Shown here piece after piece: positions 61,844-64,000 of a stretch of DNA of 64,000 nt. Numbering within the stretch: the stretch's first letter is position 1; each line of letters begins with the position of its first letter. Source of the stretch: Tubiluchus corallicola. Taxonomy: Eukaryota > Animalia > Priapulida. The stretch covers positions 868,001 through 932,000 of the forward strand of contig JAQGDQ010000035.1 in assembly GCA_030141605.1 (NCBI GenBank), written 5' to 3'. A program made the translations under genes and the position numbers. A model generated the notes under the pieces. It worked only from the letters and a program-made list of their open reading frames with translations, was not told the origin of the DNA and did not search any database.

Positions 61844-61899
61844 TTAATTCATAAGATATTTAAGACAATGGCACATTGGTTGAGTAAAAGTACATTGAA

Positions 61900-63400
61900 T
61901 ATGACAAAAAAGGAAATATAATATAGTACAAACAGAAAATATAATACAAACAGAAAATTTGGTAAAATAGTAAAAGCAATGCCACAAAACATACACAATC
62001 GTAAAAAATGCAAGATTGGCTCAACTACAGGCGGCTTCATTAAAATAGTAAGCTTTTAGACTTTTTTTAAAATTATCAAGTGTTGATCAAGTGTAATTGC
62101 AAAGAATTCCGCAATTTTGGGCAGCAGAACTGAATGATTTATCCCCGCATGTGACTAATCTGCTACGTGGGACTTCAAGATTACTTCTGTTTGAGCTAGA
62201 TCTTAATGCTCGGCGAGAGACATATAGTTTAAGAAGGTCTGATATGTAAGTAGGAGCCAGACCATTGGTTGCTTTGAAAGTTAGCAAATTTATTTTAAAT
62301 TTAATTCAGTACTCAATAGGCAACCAGCGCAATTCTCTAAATATTGGAGTGATATGGTCAAATATCCGACAGCGAGTGATTAACCTAGCAGCTGAATTGT
62401 GTACGAGTTGAAGCTTTTGAATTTGGTAGAGTCGAAGACCATATAATAAACTATTGCAGTAACCCAATCGGGAAGTAACAAAAGCAGGCGCTAAGATTTC
62501 ACAAGTATGTTTTGTGAGAAATGTTCTGAAATACATTTCGCAGATAAAAATGTGAAGATTTACAATTACTGTTAACGTGAAGAGCCATTGATAAACAATC
62601 CTCCATAATTACCAAGGTTCCTAAGACTACTAGACATCTCGATACGATGACTGCCAACCACAATGGAGTATTGACTAATTTTTGAAAGTTGATGCCGAGT
62701 TCCAAAAATAATCATGTCCGTTTTCTCATCATTTAGTAGTTGAAAATTATTTTACATCCAAACACGGATTTCAGATACACAGTTTTCAAGAATTTCCCAT
62801 GATGTGTTATTATCATCCGAATTGCTGGTTTCTAATGCAAGATATAATTGAGTGTCGTCTGCATAAAAATGGAATGCAACACCATTGCCCTAAGAATATC
62901 ACCAAGTGTGCCGTGTAAATGAAAAAAAGCATAGGGCCCAAAACCGATCCCTGCGGGTAACCCCACTTCTGAATCAGTGAAGTATGCATTTTAGCTGACG
63001 ATATTTTACCTAACTAACGTGTCTTGCTGTTGGAAGGTTGCAAAGTCAGTTGCACTCTTGGTCCTTCTCCATTTTCTCTCACGTCTGAATCTTTCCCTCA
63101 TCTCATCTTTACTCTCACAGGTGAACCACGGTTGACTCGGACGTACCACAAACGACCTAGTTGTTAGAGGCGCATGTTTGTCGAGAAGACTGCGCAGGGT
63201 TGAATTGTATTCTTCAATTAAAAAATTAGCATCTAAGCTATTGGTGTCTATATCTTGAATTCAAGAACTTTTTAAGTCTTCCTTGAAAAACTGCGTTTTT
63301 ATTGATTTGATTTCCCTATAGTCGATCGTTTTTGTGACAGGCGATGCTTTCTAAAAATCAATGTAACGCAGAACTGTCAAATGGTCGGATATGAACAGAT
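61900..63400 (-). mobile_element. L2-clade LINE remnant, internally deleted
   Basis: PQGSVLGP, HFYADDTQL, AFVTSRLGYCNSLLYG, NSAARLI...DHITP..RELRWLP, LTFKA.NGLAP.Y motifs. Confidence 0.92.
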
Positions 63401-63479
63401 CTGTTCGTGGTTGTTTAACGAATTTAGTTGTTCTTGTGATAACCGGGTCCAGCCTGCTATGCTGCTGTGCTGTTGGTGC

Positions 63480-63523
63480 TGTAGTAGTAGACGTCGTCGT
63501 GGCCGTCATCATCATCATCATCA

Positions 63524-63556
<33 letters not shown>

Positions 63557-63570
63557 TCGTCATCTTCAAG
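63480..63570. repeat. Compound (GTC)n/(ATC)n microsatellite
   Basis: Direct trinucleotide runs, adjacent to gctatgctgctgtgctg (reverse complement of the motif at about 29365). Confidence 0.92.
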
Positions 63571-64000
63571 ATCATAATTATCCCTTAAAAACACTAAGTT
63601 GACAATGGGCACATAATCTACGTGTAAAATACCGTTCAACTCTCCCTATAACATCAATGTCCTGCATATGTTGTGGAGATCACAATGGCGCACAATATTC
63701 AAGTGTGGCTTAACATAGGCTTTGTAAGCAGCCATGAGGGATTTTTGTTCTTTGTGAAGAAACAGCGAAAAGCACACTTACCACACGAAAGGCTTGGACA
63801 ACTTGGTCTTTAACATATTTAGAAAAATTTAAGTTTGGACAGACAATTATTCCCAAATCTTTATAATCATTGTTAGCAGACAAAGTAACTCCATTTAATA
63901 TACATTATAATTGAGGATTACCGCGCCCCAAGTGGAGCATAGTGCAGTTATGAGCAGCTGTATAAAGCTGCCAATGTCCAGACCAAACAGACAAAGTTTC

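Noticed and set aside
58767-64000. GPS or 7TM exons of the aGPCR
   Set aside because: No CxxW...W...GC...C.C.HLT motif or TM exon found; the region is explained by transposon remnants, though a short exon could have been missed.

Overview
AT-rich animal (invertebrate-type) genomic DNA, not prokaryotic. The backbone is one + strand spliced gene that the ORF track mostly misses. Twelve short exons (about 1.4 kb coding, 1-58766) join in phase to give CUB - SUEL/rhamnose-type Gal_lectin - HRM - GAIN, the ectodomain of a latrophilin-like adhesion GPCR. Its start lies before the window; GPS/7TM were not found and presumably lie after it. The introns are packed with transposons: a structurally complete Gypsy LTR element (LTRs, PBS, PPT, ATAT TSD), a BEL/Pao element interrupted by a DD41D Tc1/mariner derivative, a near full-length RTE LINE, pogo, Harbinger and Academ-like remnants, several MITE-like elements, many LINE fragments and micro/minisatellites. 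The most notable points are the CUB+lectin+HRM+GAIN architecture, a GC-AG intron required by the frame, a tRNA-Leu-like sequence split by a 0.9 kb insertion with 10-bp direct repeats, and a duplicated intronic block at almost the same distance upstream of two unrelated exons. All calls come from reading the sequence by eye; no database search was run.
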